DNA from: a virus
Taxonomy: Duplodnaviria; Caudoviricetes
Virus record (IMG/VR): IMGVR_UViG_3300037963_002318
Location: 1 to 60,369 of that record
DNA length: 60,369 nt
Strand: one strand, 5' to 3'
The notes under the pieces were generated by a model. That model was given only the letters and a program-made list of their open reading frames with translations, was not told where the DNA came from and ran no database searches. A program made the translations under genes and the position numbers. The first letter of the stretch is position 1, and every line of letters begins with the position of its first letter. Shown here one piece after another: positions 1 to 9,356 of the stretch.

Positions 1-2
1 TG

Positions 3-158
3 GGCAACAAGTTACTCAAGCGTGACTACAACAAGATAGTCAAAGACTTCAACAAACTTGTTACCAAGCATGAGAAGTTGCATGATGACATGGTTGAGAA
101 CATGAAGGCAGTTAGCGAGGCACAAACTATGGCACCAAGCGAACATATGTGGGGTTGA
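3..158 (+). CDS. 3' fragment of an ORF, probably the C-terminus of the PAC2-like protein at 59743
   Basis: Hand translation from nt 3 is open to TGA at 156-158: GNKLLKRDYNKIVKDFNKLVTKHEKLHDDMVENMKAVSEAQTMAPSEHMWG. A helical tail ending in an HbYX-like MWG. Confidence 0.55.
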   Translation, partial: GNKLLKRDYNKIVKDFNKLVTKHEKLHDDMVENMKAVSEAQTMAPSEHMWG

Positions 159-162
159 TACA

Positions 163-1476
163 GTGAACATTTTTGAGACAATGCAAGATTATGTGGACAG
201 GAACCACTACATTGATGTGGCAGACAAAATACCAGTGTTTCTATGTTCGATAGGCACACATATTTTCAACGGATTAAACAAGTGTGGAACCTGTCCTTTC
301 ATACCTGTTGGTGATGAAGAAGGATTCGCCATAGACTCTTGTATTCTAAGGCACGATAAAGCCCCGTTATACACCCCTATGAGCCATGTAGCAGACACTC
401 GGCTACATATCCTCATGCGAGGTATGAAAGGCTCGGGAAAGTCCGTTCTAATCAATTTATTTTTGGCACCGGGAACAGGGTTACTTAACAACCCTCTCAA
501 TGCCGCAATAGGTATGGCTTTCAGAACGGACATCGGCCCTAACTCTATTACCGAAGCAGGTATGTTTGGGTCTGTCAATGAAGAAGGTGAAATCATGGGC
601 CGACCATTGGCCCGTGAAATGTGCGGTGGGTTCCTCGGGTTCGAGGAGTTTTCATCCTTAGTGGATGCCGCCAAAAAAGACCATAGCACAGACATGACTA
701 ACCAAATGCTAACAAGCGTTGACAATGGTCGTGTCAAGAAGGCTATGCGAGCAGGGTGGGTTGAATATACTACCCGCTATACTCTATGGGCTGGAACCCA
801 GCCGGGCCGATTCGAGATGGAGTCCGGTATGGATAGGAGATTCTTCATCATTGATATTGACATGAATCCCGAGAAGGAGATACTATTCAAGAAGGCACAG
901 GCTAAACAAGCAAGCATGTCCAACATGGAACGCTTGGAGTTAGCCGATATTGCTATCAAGATTAAGGACTTCTTTACTGAGAGGGCTATGGAGGTCATTA
1001 TGAACCCACCTACCGGACTATGGTTCGATGATGAGTTTAACGAGTGGCTTTTCAAACCCGAAGTCCGTAGCCATGAGGCGGATTTATTCCGCAGATTGGC
1101 TATCGGCTATGCCATCATGTCACCCGACTATGTAGGCGGTGACAAGTTGGCAATAAAAATGACTCCGCAACTAAGGCAAATCTTAGACGACTGTTTGAAG
1201 ATGCGCCGTAATGTTATGGATGGTGACTTGCTTCTCATCAAGACGGCGTTTTGGAATACCCAAATGTCAAGAAGCAACCTGTTGAAAGAAGTATCACGCA
1301 TGATTACTAATGGTGACTACCAAGCGGCGAAGCGTTGGGTGGAGGATAACCTTATCATTCAGCCGTGGTATAGCGAAGAACGGAGTGCCTCAAGTGGTCG
1401 AGGCCGAAAGGGAGTGTCCGTGTTTATCGGATATGAACCCAAGACCATAGACGCAAAGGCGGTGAAATTAGAATGA
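163..1476 (+). CDS. MCM-like AAA+ replicative helicase (short form)
   Basis: Walker A GMKGSGKS, MCM-like SITEAGMFG, Walker B FEEF, arginine-finger MDRRF, likely C-terminal winged helix. Confidence 0.75.
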   Translation: MNIFETMQDYVDRNHYIDVADKIPVFLCSIGTHIFNGLNKCGTCPFIPVGDEEGFAIDSCILRHDKAPLYTPMSHVADTRLHILMRGMKGSGKSVLINLFLAPGTGLLNNPLNAAIGMAFRTDIGPNSITEAGMFGSVNEEGEIMGRPLAREMCGGFLGFEEFSSLVDAAKKDHSTDMTNQMLTSVDNGRVKKAMRAGWVEYTTRYTLWAGTQPGRFEMESGMDRRFFIIDIDMNPEKEILFKKAQAKQASMSNMERLELADIAIKIKDFFTERAMEVIMNPPTGLWFDDEFNEWLFKPEVRSHEADLFRRLAIGYAIMSPDYVGGDKLAIKMTPQLRQILDDCLKMRRNVMDGDLLLIKTAFWNTQMSRSNLLKEVSRMITNGDYQAAKRWVEDNLIIQPWYSEERSASSGRGRKGVSVFIGYEPKTIDAKAVKLE

Positions 1477-1754
1477 AACGAAGAAAACCAGCGTGGCGTA
1501 ATGCCGCATATGAATACATCAAGATTAATGGCCCATCAACTTCTGAGAGGTTGCTATCGGATATGAAAACGAAAGCGGGCAAGATATGGGCTAACAGTAA
1601 CAAGGCACCCAAGAACGCAAGTGGCGCATCACAATTGCTGAGTGCCGACCCTCGGTTCTATGGGACTTGGGTTAGAAAAACAGTCACTTCTTCTGAGCGC
1701 AGAACCTATGCCGACTACAAAGTGAAGGAATGGAGGATTGTTGATGAAGAGTAG
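1473..1754 (+). CDS. small winged-helix-like DNA-binding protein (paralog of 2373)
   Basis: WRNAAYEYIKINGP...ASQLLSADPRF aligns by eye with WRDAVVRHLREKGP...ASNLLHADPRI; overlaps the upstream stop. Confidence 0.55.
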   Translation: MKRRKPAWRNAAYEYIKINGPSTSERLLSDMKTKAGKIWANSNKAPKNASGASQLLSADPRFYGTWVRKTVTSSERRTYADYKVKEWRIVDEE

Positions 1755-2376
1755 GCGGCAGATTCAGAATAGGCTGAATGATGAAGCAGATAACACAGAC
1801 TTCTTAGCCGCCCTTGAGTGGGTGCTAACTCCCGATGGTTGCCCCATGTGTGCTATTGGTAACAGGCGAGAATTAGAAGTCAAGGTGCATCGTGGTGAAG
1901 TAACTCCTACCTTCTTAGAAACTAAGAATGGTTGGCCGACCGGCACTGTCATATCCCATATGGATGAACACCTTGAGTATGACCCAATGGAGGCGGCGCA
2001 CATGGAAAAGATGCGTGACGAATCCATATCCACACTCAATGTAGCCGAGGACTTAGCCCAGCGACTTGTGTCGTGGGTTGGTGAATTGGAAACACGCAAG
2101 GAAACTGAAGGTCTGACATCTGAGTGGATTGGTGACGCAACCAAACTACTCGGGCAGGGACAAGGATTCCTCAAGTTGATAGGTCAACTCAAGAAGGAGA
2201 TTGGTGTTGATTCTCAACTCCTATTGGCTGACCGCAAGGTTGAGCAGATGATGGGCATACTTGTTGATGTTCTCAAGAGCGAGCCTGTGTATTTAGACCA
2301 AATACAACTGCGTCTTGCTACACTAACTGCTCCGACCCAGCATATACAAGAGGCTGACTTCGAGGTGGTTGAATGA
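1744..2376 (+). CDS. hypothetical protein with CxxC...HxxxH metal/HTH-like N-domain and helical C-domain
   Basis: CPMC...HMDEH motif; coupled to neighbours; ATG at 1744. Confidence 0.55.
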   Translation: MKSRRQIQNRLNDEADNTDFLAALEWVLTPDGCPMCAIGNRRELEVKVHRGEVTPTFLETKNGWPTGTVISHMDEHLEYDPMEAAHMEKMRDESISTLNVAEDLAQRLVSWVGELETRKETEGLTSEWIGDATKLLGQGQGFLKLIGQLKKEIGVDSQLLLADRKVEQMMGILVDVLKSEPVYLDQIQLRLATLTAPTQHIQEADFEVVE

Positions 2377-2642
2377 AGTTTAAGCATAAGCGTTGGCGTG
2401 ATGCAGTAGTGCGACACTTGAGGGAGAAGGGGCCGCAACTCCTATCTCAGATAATGGATGAGTTGAGGAACAAGGATGGGCGACCTTATGTTTCGGGGCC
2501 GAGACTGAATGCCGCCTCTAATTTACTACACGCTGACCCACGCATTAGTGTGCGTGAAGTCAAGAAGGTTGGTAGTGGTATTAGTGGGCCATACAAGGCG
2601 TATGAATATGCGGTGTTTGACGATGACGAAGCGCAGGTGTAA
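2373..2642 (+). CDS. small winged-helix-like DNA-binding protein (paralog of 1473)
   Basis: Visible similarity to 1473..1754; ATGA overlap with the previous gene. Confidence 0.55.
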   Translation: MKFKHKRWRDAVVRHLREKGPQLLSQIMDELRNKDGRPYVSGPRLNAASNLLHADPRISVREVKKVGSGISGPYKAYEYAVFDDDEAQV

Positions 2643-2817
2643 ATCACCCGGATGCAGGGCGGAATTGACCGACCCCAGCAAGGGTTATTGTAGCCGACAC
2701 ATTTATCATGTGGAGAGGTTAAAGGACACTGTGGAATGGTTGACATGGAGGAGATGGTTTGAAGCGGAATTGGCGAAACAAGACGAAGAACATGCTGAAT
2801 ACGAGACCGATTTATGA
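2623..2817 (+). CDS. small Cys/His zinc-finger protein
   Basis: MTKRRCKSPGC...YCSRH; ATG at 2623 in the 2509 frame. Confidence 0.5.
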   Translation: MTKRRCKSPGCRAELTDPSKGYCSRHIYHVERLKDTVEWLTWRRWFEAELAKQDEEHAEYETDL

Positions 2818-3028
2818 GGCTGAGTTTCCGGCACTTGCGAAGGCTATGGCTGAGGATGGATTGACCCTTAGAGTAGTTTCAAAAGGTAATGGTTATGAGT
2901 GGCTTGTTGCTGATTACATACTCCCGGCGAAGAGTGTTCGTGAAGTATGGGGTTTAACCCCACATCAGATGCGTAGGTTCACCGCTTGGTTGCTGGCATT
3001 TAACACGGAGTTGATACAATGGGAGTAG
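2792..3028 (+). CDS. hypothetical protein
   Basis: Fills the operon gap; ATG at 2792. Confidence 0.5.
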   Translation: MLNTRPIYEAEFPALAKAMAEDGLTLRVVSKGNGYEWLVADYILPAKSVREVWGLTPHQMRRFTAWLLAFNTELIQWE

Positions 3029-3687
3029 TTATTTTTACAAACGATGATGCAAGATACCGCAAGGGCGATTTCATATGTATGTATGGTGAGATTACAGTCC
3101 CACCTACAACACCCGATACCACATTTATTCTTCACAACAAGTCATTCAGCGAGGCTGATGTCCTATACTGGGCTCCAATCATACAACACCGCTTAGTAGT
3201 GGTGGTTGACAAGTTACCCAAGTTGAGTGATGCAAGCGAGGACTATGTTATCATAGACCAAGCACTGAAGGTTAAGGACAAGGACTTCACCCGTTCTATT
3301 CGTGCGGCCCTATGTTGGGTTGACCGTGACCGAGCATTGAGCGCACTTAGACCTGTTCCTCTCGCTTTGATGAACGCTTTCATCAAGGCTAATGTGGATA
3401 ACATGCAAGTCGGCAGGTTGCTCGCTAGATGCCGATTTACTTTGCATGATGACTATACCCGAGCAGTTATGGCATACGGTATTTATCCTGTATCTAATTT
3501 CAAGTGGCCCAAGAAGTCACATAACAATACTAATATACTGCCGAGCGAGATGAGAAGAACAGACAAGCACTTGGGTGTCATACTGAATAATGACATCGTA
3601 GTATCTAATGCAATCCGTAGGGATGCACCGGACACTTTACCTAAAGGCTTGCCTAAACGAAAACAGAAGGCGATAGAATGGCTATGA
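3019..3687 (+). CDS. hypothetical protein (possibly a degenerate clamp-loader partner subunit)
   Basis: 222-aa ORF in the replication operon with an alpha/beta N-domain and helical C-domain; no intact Walker A. Confidence 0.5.
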   Translation: MGVVIFTNDDARYRKGDFICMYGEITVPPTTPDTTFILHNKSFSEADVLYWAPIIQHRLVVVVDKLPKLSDASEDYVIIDQALKVKDKDFTRSIRAALCWVDRDRALSALRPVPLALMNAFIKANVDNMQVGRLLARCRFTLHDDYTRAVMAYGIYPVSNFKWPKKSHNNTNILPSEMRRTDKHLGVILNNDIVVSNAIRRDAPDTLPKGLPKRKQKAIEWL

Positions 3688-4034
3688 ATGAAGTATTTGT
3701 GTATGGAACACTGAAGCGAAACCAACATAACAATGACCTACTTCGTGATTCACAATTTTTAGGTGAATACGAAACCGACCCACGCTGGGGCTTAGTAACA
3801 CTGGGGTCTTTCCCCGGCATGGTTCCCGGCAACTTGGCGGTAAAGGGTGAAGTATTTTTGGTGGATGATGATGTATTGGAGGCCCTTGATTTATTAGAGG
3901 GTGTTGACCACGGCCTGTATAACAGGCACCGCATCCCGATTAACTGCCCTGTGACGGGCGAGAAGCGTAATGTATGGGCTTATCTATACGGTGGTATAGT
4001 GTATATGCCCGACATCTTCGAGGAGTGGTCTTGA
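3678..4034 (+). CDS. gamma-glutamylcyclotransferase (AIG2/GGCT-like)
   Basis: VFVYGTLK, FPGMV, VKGEVF, LDLLEG...YNR, WAYLY signature. Confidence 0.85.
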   Translation: MAMNEVFVYGTLKRNQHNNDLLRDSQFLGEYETDPRWGLVTLGSFPGMVPGNLAVKGEVFLVDDDVLEALDLLEGVDHGLYNRHRIPINCPVTGEKRNVWAYLYGGIVYMPDIFEEWS

Positions 4035-4213
4035 TGTTAGGCGTTATAATCGCATGGTTAATCTATGCCACAATTACTATATTTGTTAACTGGGATGATA
4101 CACCGTGGACTATGGGTACGCAAAGGGAAACTACTTATCGACCTAAAGGGTCTGCGGTTGATGGCGAACACAACCTAAGTCATGCGGCTATGTTTATGAA
4201 CATGGATGAATGA
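4034..4213 (+). CDS. small membrane protein
   Basis: MLGVIIAWLIYATITIFV hydrophobic N-terminus; TGATG coupling. Confidence 0.5.
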   Translation: MLGVIIAWLIYATITIFVNWDDTPWTMGTQRETTYRPKGSAVDGEHNLSHAAMFMNMDE

Positions 4214-4650
4214 GGGTGAAATACCAAATACTCATAAGACGGTCTGTGTCAGCCAACAATAACAACAAGCGTGTGCGCCGAGCGATAGTCGAAATACTCT
4301 TGAAACACGGGGCGTGTACTCGGGAGCAGGTAGCGGAACATCTGCAAACCTACAAGGGGGTCAAGAATGTTCCATCTCCTAATTCTCTATCGGCTCTTAT
4401 GTCGAAGAATCCGCAAGTGGTCATTGTTGGGCGTGAAAAGGTCGAAATGACAAGTGGTATCAATACACACCATATGCTCTTTGATATTGACCGAACAGTA
4501 ATCAAGACTAAGGATGACTTAATCTTAACAAGACCTATTTCGGTTATGACTCCTAGTGAACGCAAGAAGGCTAAACAGTGTGGCAAGTGTGGTAGGACAA
4601 GGATTATGCCCGAGGGCAGTGATACTTGTTTAACCTGTCTGCGACAGTAG
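4210..4650 (+). CDS. winged-helix-like protein with C-terminal zinc ribbon
   Basis: RRAIVEILLKHGACTREQVAEHL...PSPNSLSALMSKNP; CGKC...CLTC. Confidence 0.6.
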   Translation: MRVKYQILIRRSVSANNNNKRVRRAIVEILLKHGACTREQVAEHLQTYKGVKNVPSPNSLSALMSKNPQVVIVGREKVEMTSGINTHHMLFDIDRTVIKTKDDLILTRPISVMTPSERKKAKQCGKCGRTRIMPEGSDTCLTCLRQ

Positions 4651-4660
4651 TTTTATAATG
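4651..4660 (+). promoter_or_regulatory. archaeal TATA box for a leaderless RFC transcript
   Basis: TTTTATAATG ~30 nt before ATG 4682. Same geometry at 9329 (PolB ATG 9357), 11610 (ATG 11640), 14382 (ATG 14414) and 59713 (ATG 59743). Confidence 0.55.
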
Positions 4661-4681
4661 TGCCGACACTAATGGTTAACC

Positions 4682-5581
4682 ATGCGAGAAGTATGGGCAA
4701 CGAAGCACAGGCCAAATAATCTTGATGATTTCGAGGGACAAGGGCATATTGTATCTGAAATGGCATCCATCATTGATGGTAATAGTCAGATGCAACACTA
4801 CATATTCTATTCCCCCGAACCCGGAACAGGCAAGACTACATTGGCTCACATATTATCCGAGCAATTAGGCTATCAGATTCACAAGTATAATGCTTCATCC
4901 AAGCGTCAGCGTGGTATCGAGTTTATCGAGGAGGAGTTAGCACCTATGACTCGGCTCGGTCAATACGAAAGCATATACTTCTTAGACGAGGCAGACCAAC
5001 TAACACCTGCCGCACAGTCGGCACTCAAGGGAGTGATTGAGGATTCACAAGGATTCTTCATCCTCACTTGTAATGACCTAAGCAAGATTAGCCCGTGGTT
5101 ACAATCCCGTTGTCAAGTGCGAGTATTCCAACCCCTTAACGACACTGATATGTTTTACAGGCTAAACAAAGTTGATGCCGCAGAAGGATTTCAAACCGCA
5201 ACCGAACACTTGGATGCGATAGTCAGTGCTAACAAAGGCGACCTGCGTAACGCAATCAACGCACTGCAAGCCTATCACTCTATTCCCGAAGCAGACCGTG
5301 AATCATTCCTGTTGGGGCTGGGTCAACCAGCCGTTGATGCACAGAAGATACTCACGCTTTGTATGAAGGAGCAACAGGTTGAGGAGGCCGTTAATTTGAT
5401 GGGTTCTTCTAACCTTAGACAAGTTATAGATGCCGTGTTTAGATACGGCGTTGATTCTCCCGCCAAACCCACCAGCAAACTAAAGTTGGTTGAGGCCGCA
5501 ACCCAAGCGCACCGTGATTTACTCATGGGCGTGGAGGCCCATTATGTTGTATGGGACTTCTGTCGGAGGCTGGCATCATAA
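4682..5581 (+). CDS. rfcS: replication factor C small subunit (clamp loader)
   Basis: WATKHRP, PGTGKTT, NASS..RGI, LDEADQLT..AQSAL, SRC motif, GDLRNAIN. Confidence 0.92.
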   Translation: MREVWATKHRPNNLDDFEGQGHIVSEMASIIDGNSQMQHYIFYSPEPGTGKTTLAHILSEQLGYQIHKYNASSKRQRGIEFIEEELAPMTRLGQYESIYFLDEADQLTPAAQSALKGVIEDSQGFFILTCNDLSKISPWLQSRCQVRVFQPLNDTDMFYRLNKVDAAEGFQTATEHLDAIVSANKGDLRNAINALQAYHSIPEADRESFLLGLGQPAVDAQKILTLCMKEQQVEEAVNLMGSSNLRQVIDAVFRYGVDSPAKPTSKLKLVEAATQAHRDLLMGVEAHYVVWDFCRRLAS

Positions 5582-5611
5582 CGGTTATATAGTGGCGGGA
5601 CTAAAGGATAT

Positions 5612-6835
5612 ATGGAGGCAAAAATTATGGCAGATATTGACCAAATGATTGACAGAATAAGCAAGAACATAGGCGCAAGCGAAGAAACGGTTCGCTCTCG
5701 AATGGACATCGTTCTATCCGAGAACAAGAACACTTGGCTTGATGCCGGAAAGACCGAAGATGAGTGTTCGCTGAACGCACTTAGAATTGCCGGTAGGCAG
5801 ATTAAGAGCGAGAGCGAAAGACTAAAGCGCAGTGGAGCAACACTATACGAAGGAATGTTCGTTAGCGTTCCACGCTACAAGGACTGGGCAGACTTAGCAT
5901 ACAAGAAGGCCGCAGGGACTATCTCACAAGGTATTGATACAGTGATTGATTCACTTATCGAAGAAGGTAACATTATTCTCTATGAGGATAACAACGATGG
6001 CACCTTCACCAAGAAGTATAACCCATCCTTAGCGCAGAAAGCGGATTTCGAGTCCGGTAGCGCAAGCACCGACATTGACGCACTACCCAAAGGCACATAT
6101 GATGCAGGTAATGGAATACATTTCCACCTAATTTGGGACAAGGCGAACCCAACATTCCCAAGCGGGGATGCTAATTGGAAATACGGCAAGCCAAGACCGC
6201 TAACCGAAAAGGACAGGACTTGTTTATTCTTAGGCCGCCCACAGGGCAGTAAAGACGACATGAGAATCTATTCTATGAGATTCAACGGACAGTTAGCCGA
6301 GGAGCAACACCCAACATTTGTTGCTGGCACTATCGCTATGCGACCTGCTCGTAACGGTGATGTAGCATACGGCAAGGCTGGTGTCTCAGTATTCAACCGT
6401 GACGACGCAGTGCAGGGTTCCTTCAGTGGTAGCCCGGATGCACTAATCGCTGGATTAGACCAAATCAAGACTCTTGAGAACGGTCTGCAAGACATCGAGG
6501 CGTATGTCGGCACACTATCCGACAAGGAACGCTGGGATGCTTTGGCGGCGGCTATTGTTGAAGTGATTCACATTGACCCAAGAGACAACGGTGGTTACAT
6601 TATTACTGTTGGTGACTTGGATATTATGTCCACTGCTGGCACCGTTGACATCTATGTTACTACAAAGCATGAGTCACTTGTTGACTTCGCAGTTGGTAGC
6701 ACCCTAATGGTAGTAGGTTCACCATACATGAGCCGTGATGATGAGGCTAAGTTGGCCGTCACCGGTTGGTGGTGTCACGAATCTATGGCGGCATCAGCAC
6801 CCGAGCAACTACCGGATGAAGGAGGCTGGGACTGA
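5612..6835 (+). CDS. single-stranded DNA-binding protein (RPA-like OB fold)
   Basis: C-terminal OB-like strand pattern, acidic/aromatic tail DEGGWD, position between RFC and the recombinase-like ATPase. Confidence 0.55.
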   Translation: MEAKIMADIDQMIDRISKNIGASEETVRSRMDIVLSENKNTWLDAGKTEDECSLNALRIAGRQIKSESERLKRSGATLYEGMFVSVPRYKDWADLAYKKAAGTISQGIDTVIDSLIEEGNIILYEDNNDGTFTKKYNPSLAQKADFESGSASTDIDALPKGTYDAGNGIHFHLIWDKANPTFPSGDANWKYGKPRPLTEKDRTCLFLGRPQGSKDDMRIYSMRFNGQLAEEQHPTFVAGTIAMRPARNGDVAYGKAGVSVFNRDDAVQGSFSGSPDALIAGLDQIKTLENGLQDIEAYVGTLSDKERWDALAAAIVEVIHIDPRDNGGYIITVGDLDIMSTAGTVDIYVTTKHESLVDFAVGSTLMVVGSPYMSRDDEAKLAVTGWWCHESMAASAPEQLPDEGGWD

Positions 6836-7767
6836 TGACTTGGGCAACAACCAGTGCTAAGACGGAAACTGCTCCCCGCAAAACATTTGGGGTGGAGCAT
6901 TACCGTCAACTCTTCGACCGCAAGCGAGAGGCTATGGCCCCAATTCGCATGGCGTTGGTAGGCAAGGAGAACACGGCTAAGACAGGGCTTGCCCTTGACT
7001 TAGCCCTCTCCCACACCGATAAAGAAGTAGTCATCATTGACTGTGACAACTCAGCGCAGAACACAGTGGACTACCTTATCTCGACAGGTGCCGCAGATGC
7101 AGACCGCATTCGTGTAATCCCTATCATTGATGAGTTAGATGACGCTATGTGGAATGACGACAACACTACTAACTGGATGGCAGTAGTTGACAAGATTGAG
7201 TGGTTCGCATCCTTCTTGGGTGAGTCCTCCGATAATGTAGGCGCAGTTATCTTTGATGGTGGCTCGACATTCCTAAAGTGGTGCGAGTTTGTAATGACAG
7301 ACCGACTAATCCGCCGTGGTGTTATTAACGACAGTGGCGACGGGTTCAATCAGAAGGAGTGGCGAGAGCGCAACAGTGTGTTCAAGGGTGTCCTTGACCG
7401 CTTAACTGCGCTACCAATCCCATACATCTTCTATACTTTCCACCTGAAAGACCAAAAGCAATACATGGACATTGGTGACGGCACAAAGGCACTGATGAAA
7501 GTTGGCGAGAAGGTTGATTGGGTGGATGGAACCCAGCGATTCGTGTCCCAGCAGGTATGGCTAAAGCGTTATACCAAGAAGGGTGACAAGGCGGCTGGTG
7601 TTGAGGCTGACAAGGCTCTCGCTAACGATGAGTTTGCCATTCGTGCAAAAATCGAGGAGATGAAGGGTCGTAACATGGAACACTTGGGCACTACCCATGA
7701 GGTTCTAAATGTCAAGGATAGCAAAGTCACTTGGAACGGACTACCTTTGAGGTGGAGTGATGTCTAA
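6835..7767 (+). CDS. RecA-fold/AAA_24 (Sak4-like) ATPase
   Basis: Walker A variant GKENTAKT, VIIDCD, VIFDGGS Walker B, YTFH. Confidence 0.7.
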   Translation: MTWATTSAKTETAPRKTFGVEHYRQLFDRKREAMAPIRMALVGKENTAKTGLALDLALSHTDKEVVIIDCDNSAQNTVDYLISTGAADADRIRVIPIIDELDDAMWNDDNTTNWMAVVDKIEWFASFLGESSDNVGAVIFDGGSTFLKWCEFVMTDRLIRRGVINDSGDGFNQKEWRERNSVFKGVLDRLTALPIPYIFYTFHLKDQKQYMDIGDGTKALMKVGEKVDWVDGTQRFVSQQVWLKRYTKKGDKAAGVEADKALANDEFAIRAKIEEMKGRNMEHLGTTHEVLNVKDSKVTWNGLPLRWSDV

Positions 7768-7948
7768 GGATGATGAAATCAAGGCTCTCAAGAAAAGGAT
7801 TATGTCCCTTGAGAACGACTTGGATAGCATGATGGGCAGGTTTTCTATGGTCGGCAAACTATGGGATGCCGTCAAGGAATTACAAGACCACGCCAATAGA
7901 AAGGGCGACTGGATTTCACATATGTTGTTATACCGGGAGGTTAAGTGA
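7757..7948 (+). CDS. small coiled-coil protein
   Basis: Heptad pattern; GGAGTGA RBS; coupled to neighbours. Confidence 0.5.
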   Translation: MMSKDDEIKALKKRIMSLENDLDSMMGRFSMVGKLWDAVKELQDHANRKGDWISHMLLYREVK

Positions 7949-8755
7949 ATGAAGATACCGAGGGATTTATTGTTACAGTTGCTTGGAGTTACCAAGCGTG
8001 AGCAGACCATTAACGGCAAAGCACAGGCTCAAGTAACAGGTTGCGTCTTGACTCTTGGTGACAAGAGACTATCCACCACAAGTATAGTGAAGGATGGTAA
8101 AACCAGCCTATCGAGATTCTCATTCACTTGTGATGACGACAGTGAAAGCACTATCCCTGTCCCCGATATTGATAGGCTCATGGGAGTTTTGAAGTATCAC
8201 GGCGAGGTAGTTAAGTTATCATATGATAATGAAACTTCTAAGGTGTTAATCAAATCTAAGTCCAAGCAGACTACGCTTGTTGGTGGACTATCCGCCAAAG
8301 CGTTCCCTAACAGTCAGCAGAACCTTTTGGAGTGGCATAAGGCCAGTATTGAAAGGGCCGCACAGATTAAGGGTAGTAGTTATGTGATGGCTAACGGAGA
8401 AACCCGTTCACCATTTACTACTATCACTGTCGGCAGTGAAGTTTTGCATGACGCACTAAGGTGTGATGGGATGAATGGGCAGAAGTTGAATAGATACACA
8501 TTCACTTTGAAGGATGGTGATGTTGTAGTCACAGTGGGCGACCACTTCAAGGGACTAACTGAAACAACTATCGCCACCGGCTACTCAGATGATAACTTCG
8601 AGGCCGTCTTTGAGGGCGGTCTTGAGAATATACTCAAGTATTACAAGGGTAATGTCAGCCTATCATTCTTGGATTTCAAGAATGAGGGCCAAGGCACTCG
8701 CTTGATTATGTCCTTTGACAACGGTGACTGGGTATTCCAAGCGGGGGTCTTGTGA
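7949..8755 (+). CDS. divergent sliding clamp (PCNA-like)
   Basis: 268 aa with two repeated alpha/beta halves (IPVPDIDRLMGVLK...; FEGGLENILKY...VSLSF), in an RFC/PolB context. Confidence 0.6.
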   Translation: MKIPRDLLLQLLGVTKREQTINGKAQAQVTGCVLTLGDKRLSTTSIVKDGKTSLSRFSFTCDDDSESTIPVPDIDRLMGVLKYHGEVVKLSYDNETSKVLIKSKSKQTTLVGGLSAKAFPNSQQNLLEWHKASIERAAQIKGSSYVMANGETRSPFTTITVGSEVLHDALRCDGMNGQKLNRYTFTLKDGDVVVTVGDHFKGLTETTIATGYSDDNFEAVFEGGLENILKYYKGNVSLSFLDFKNEGQGTRLIMSFDNGDWVFQAGVL

Positions 8756-9093
8756 TGGTTGGGTTAAAGTATAGCACACCTAGGGGTGTGTCATTCCGTG
8801 AATACGAGGAGATGTTGGCGACTGGTCGTTACGGTGAGTTTATCACACGCAAGAAGCGTAACAAACGCATTAGGCAGTTGGTGTCAGCAGTTATCTTTTT
8901 TGATATGGATATAGGCGAGGAATGCACCATAGAACATATGATAAATCACGCATGGAAATACAATCCCATAGGCCCGAGTGCTATGGCACTATCTCCTCAA
9001 CAGTTTGGTTCATTATTGGGCACTATGATTAGATATGATATTGTTAGCAAGCGTGTTGAGAACAACAAGAGTTACTACAAGAGGTTGGTATAA
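8752..9093 (+). CDS. winged-helix-like protein
   Basis: Helix-turn-helix plus wing pattern SPQQFGSLLGTMIRYDIVSKRVENNKSYYKR. Confidence 0.5.
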   Translation: MMVGLKYSTPRGVSFREYEEMLATGRYGEFITRKKRNKRIRQLVSAVIFFDMDIGEECTIEHMINHAWKYNPIGPSAMALSPQQFGSLLGTMIRYDIVSKRVENNKSYYKRLV

Positions 9094-9311
9094 TGAAATG
9101 CAGTAAATGTGGACATGAAGAAGTTGTTGAAGTGAAGGAGGATTACCGGTTCGCTACTTGGTTACATCAAGAATATGTAGTCAAGCGTAGGTCTATGGAG
9201 AGCATAGCCAAAGAACAGGGAGTTACTCCTACTACGATTAACAATTGGCTCAAGCGATTTGGCTTGCCAACAAGAGGTCGTGGTGTCCGTTCCGGCTTGT
9301 TTGACATTTGA
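9093..9311 (+). CDS. HTH DNA-binding protein with N-terminal CxxC
   Basis: SMESIAKEQGVTPTTINNWLKRFGL classic HTH. Confidence 0.7.
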   Translation: MKCSKCGHEEVVEVKEDYRFATWLHQEYVVKRRSMESIAKEQGVTPTTINNWLKRFGLPTRGRGVRSGLFDI

Positions 9312-9356
9312 ATAATAGTGCTAACTACTATATACTGGCGAGTCGTATTTAGTATT

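Noticed and set aside
1744-2376. Calling this the terminase small subunit
   Set aside because: The size and HTH/helical layout fit, but it is far from terL in the replication operon and no diagnostic motif can be confirmed.
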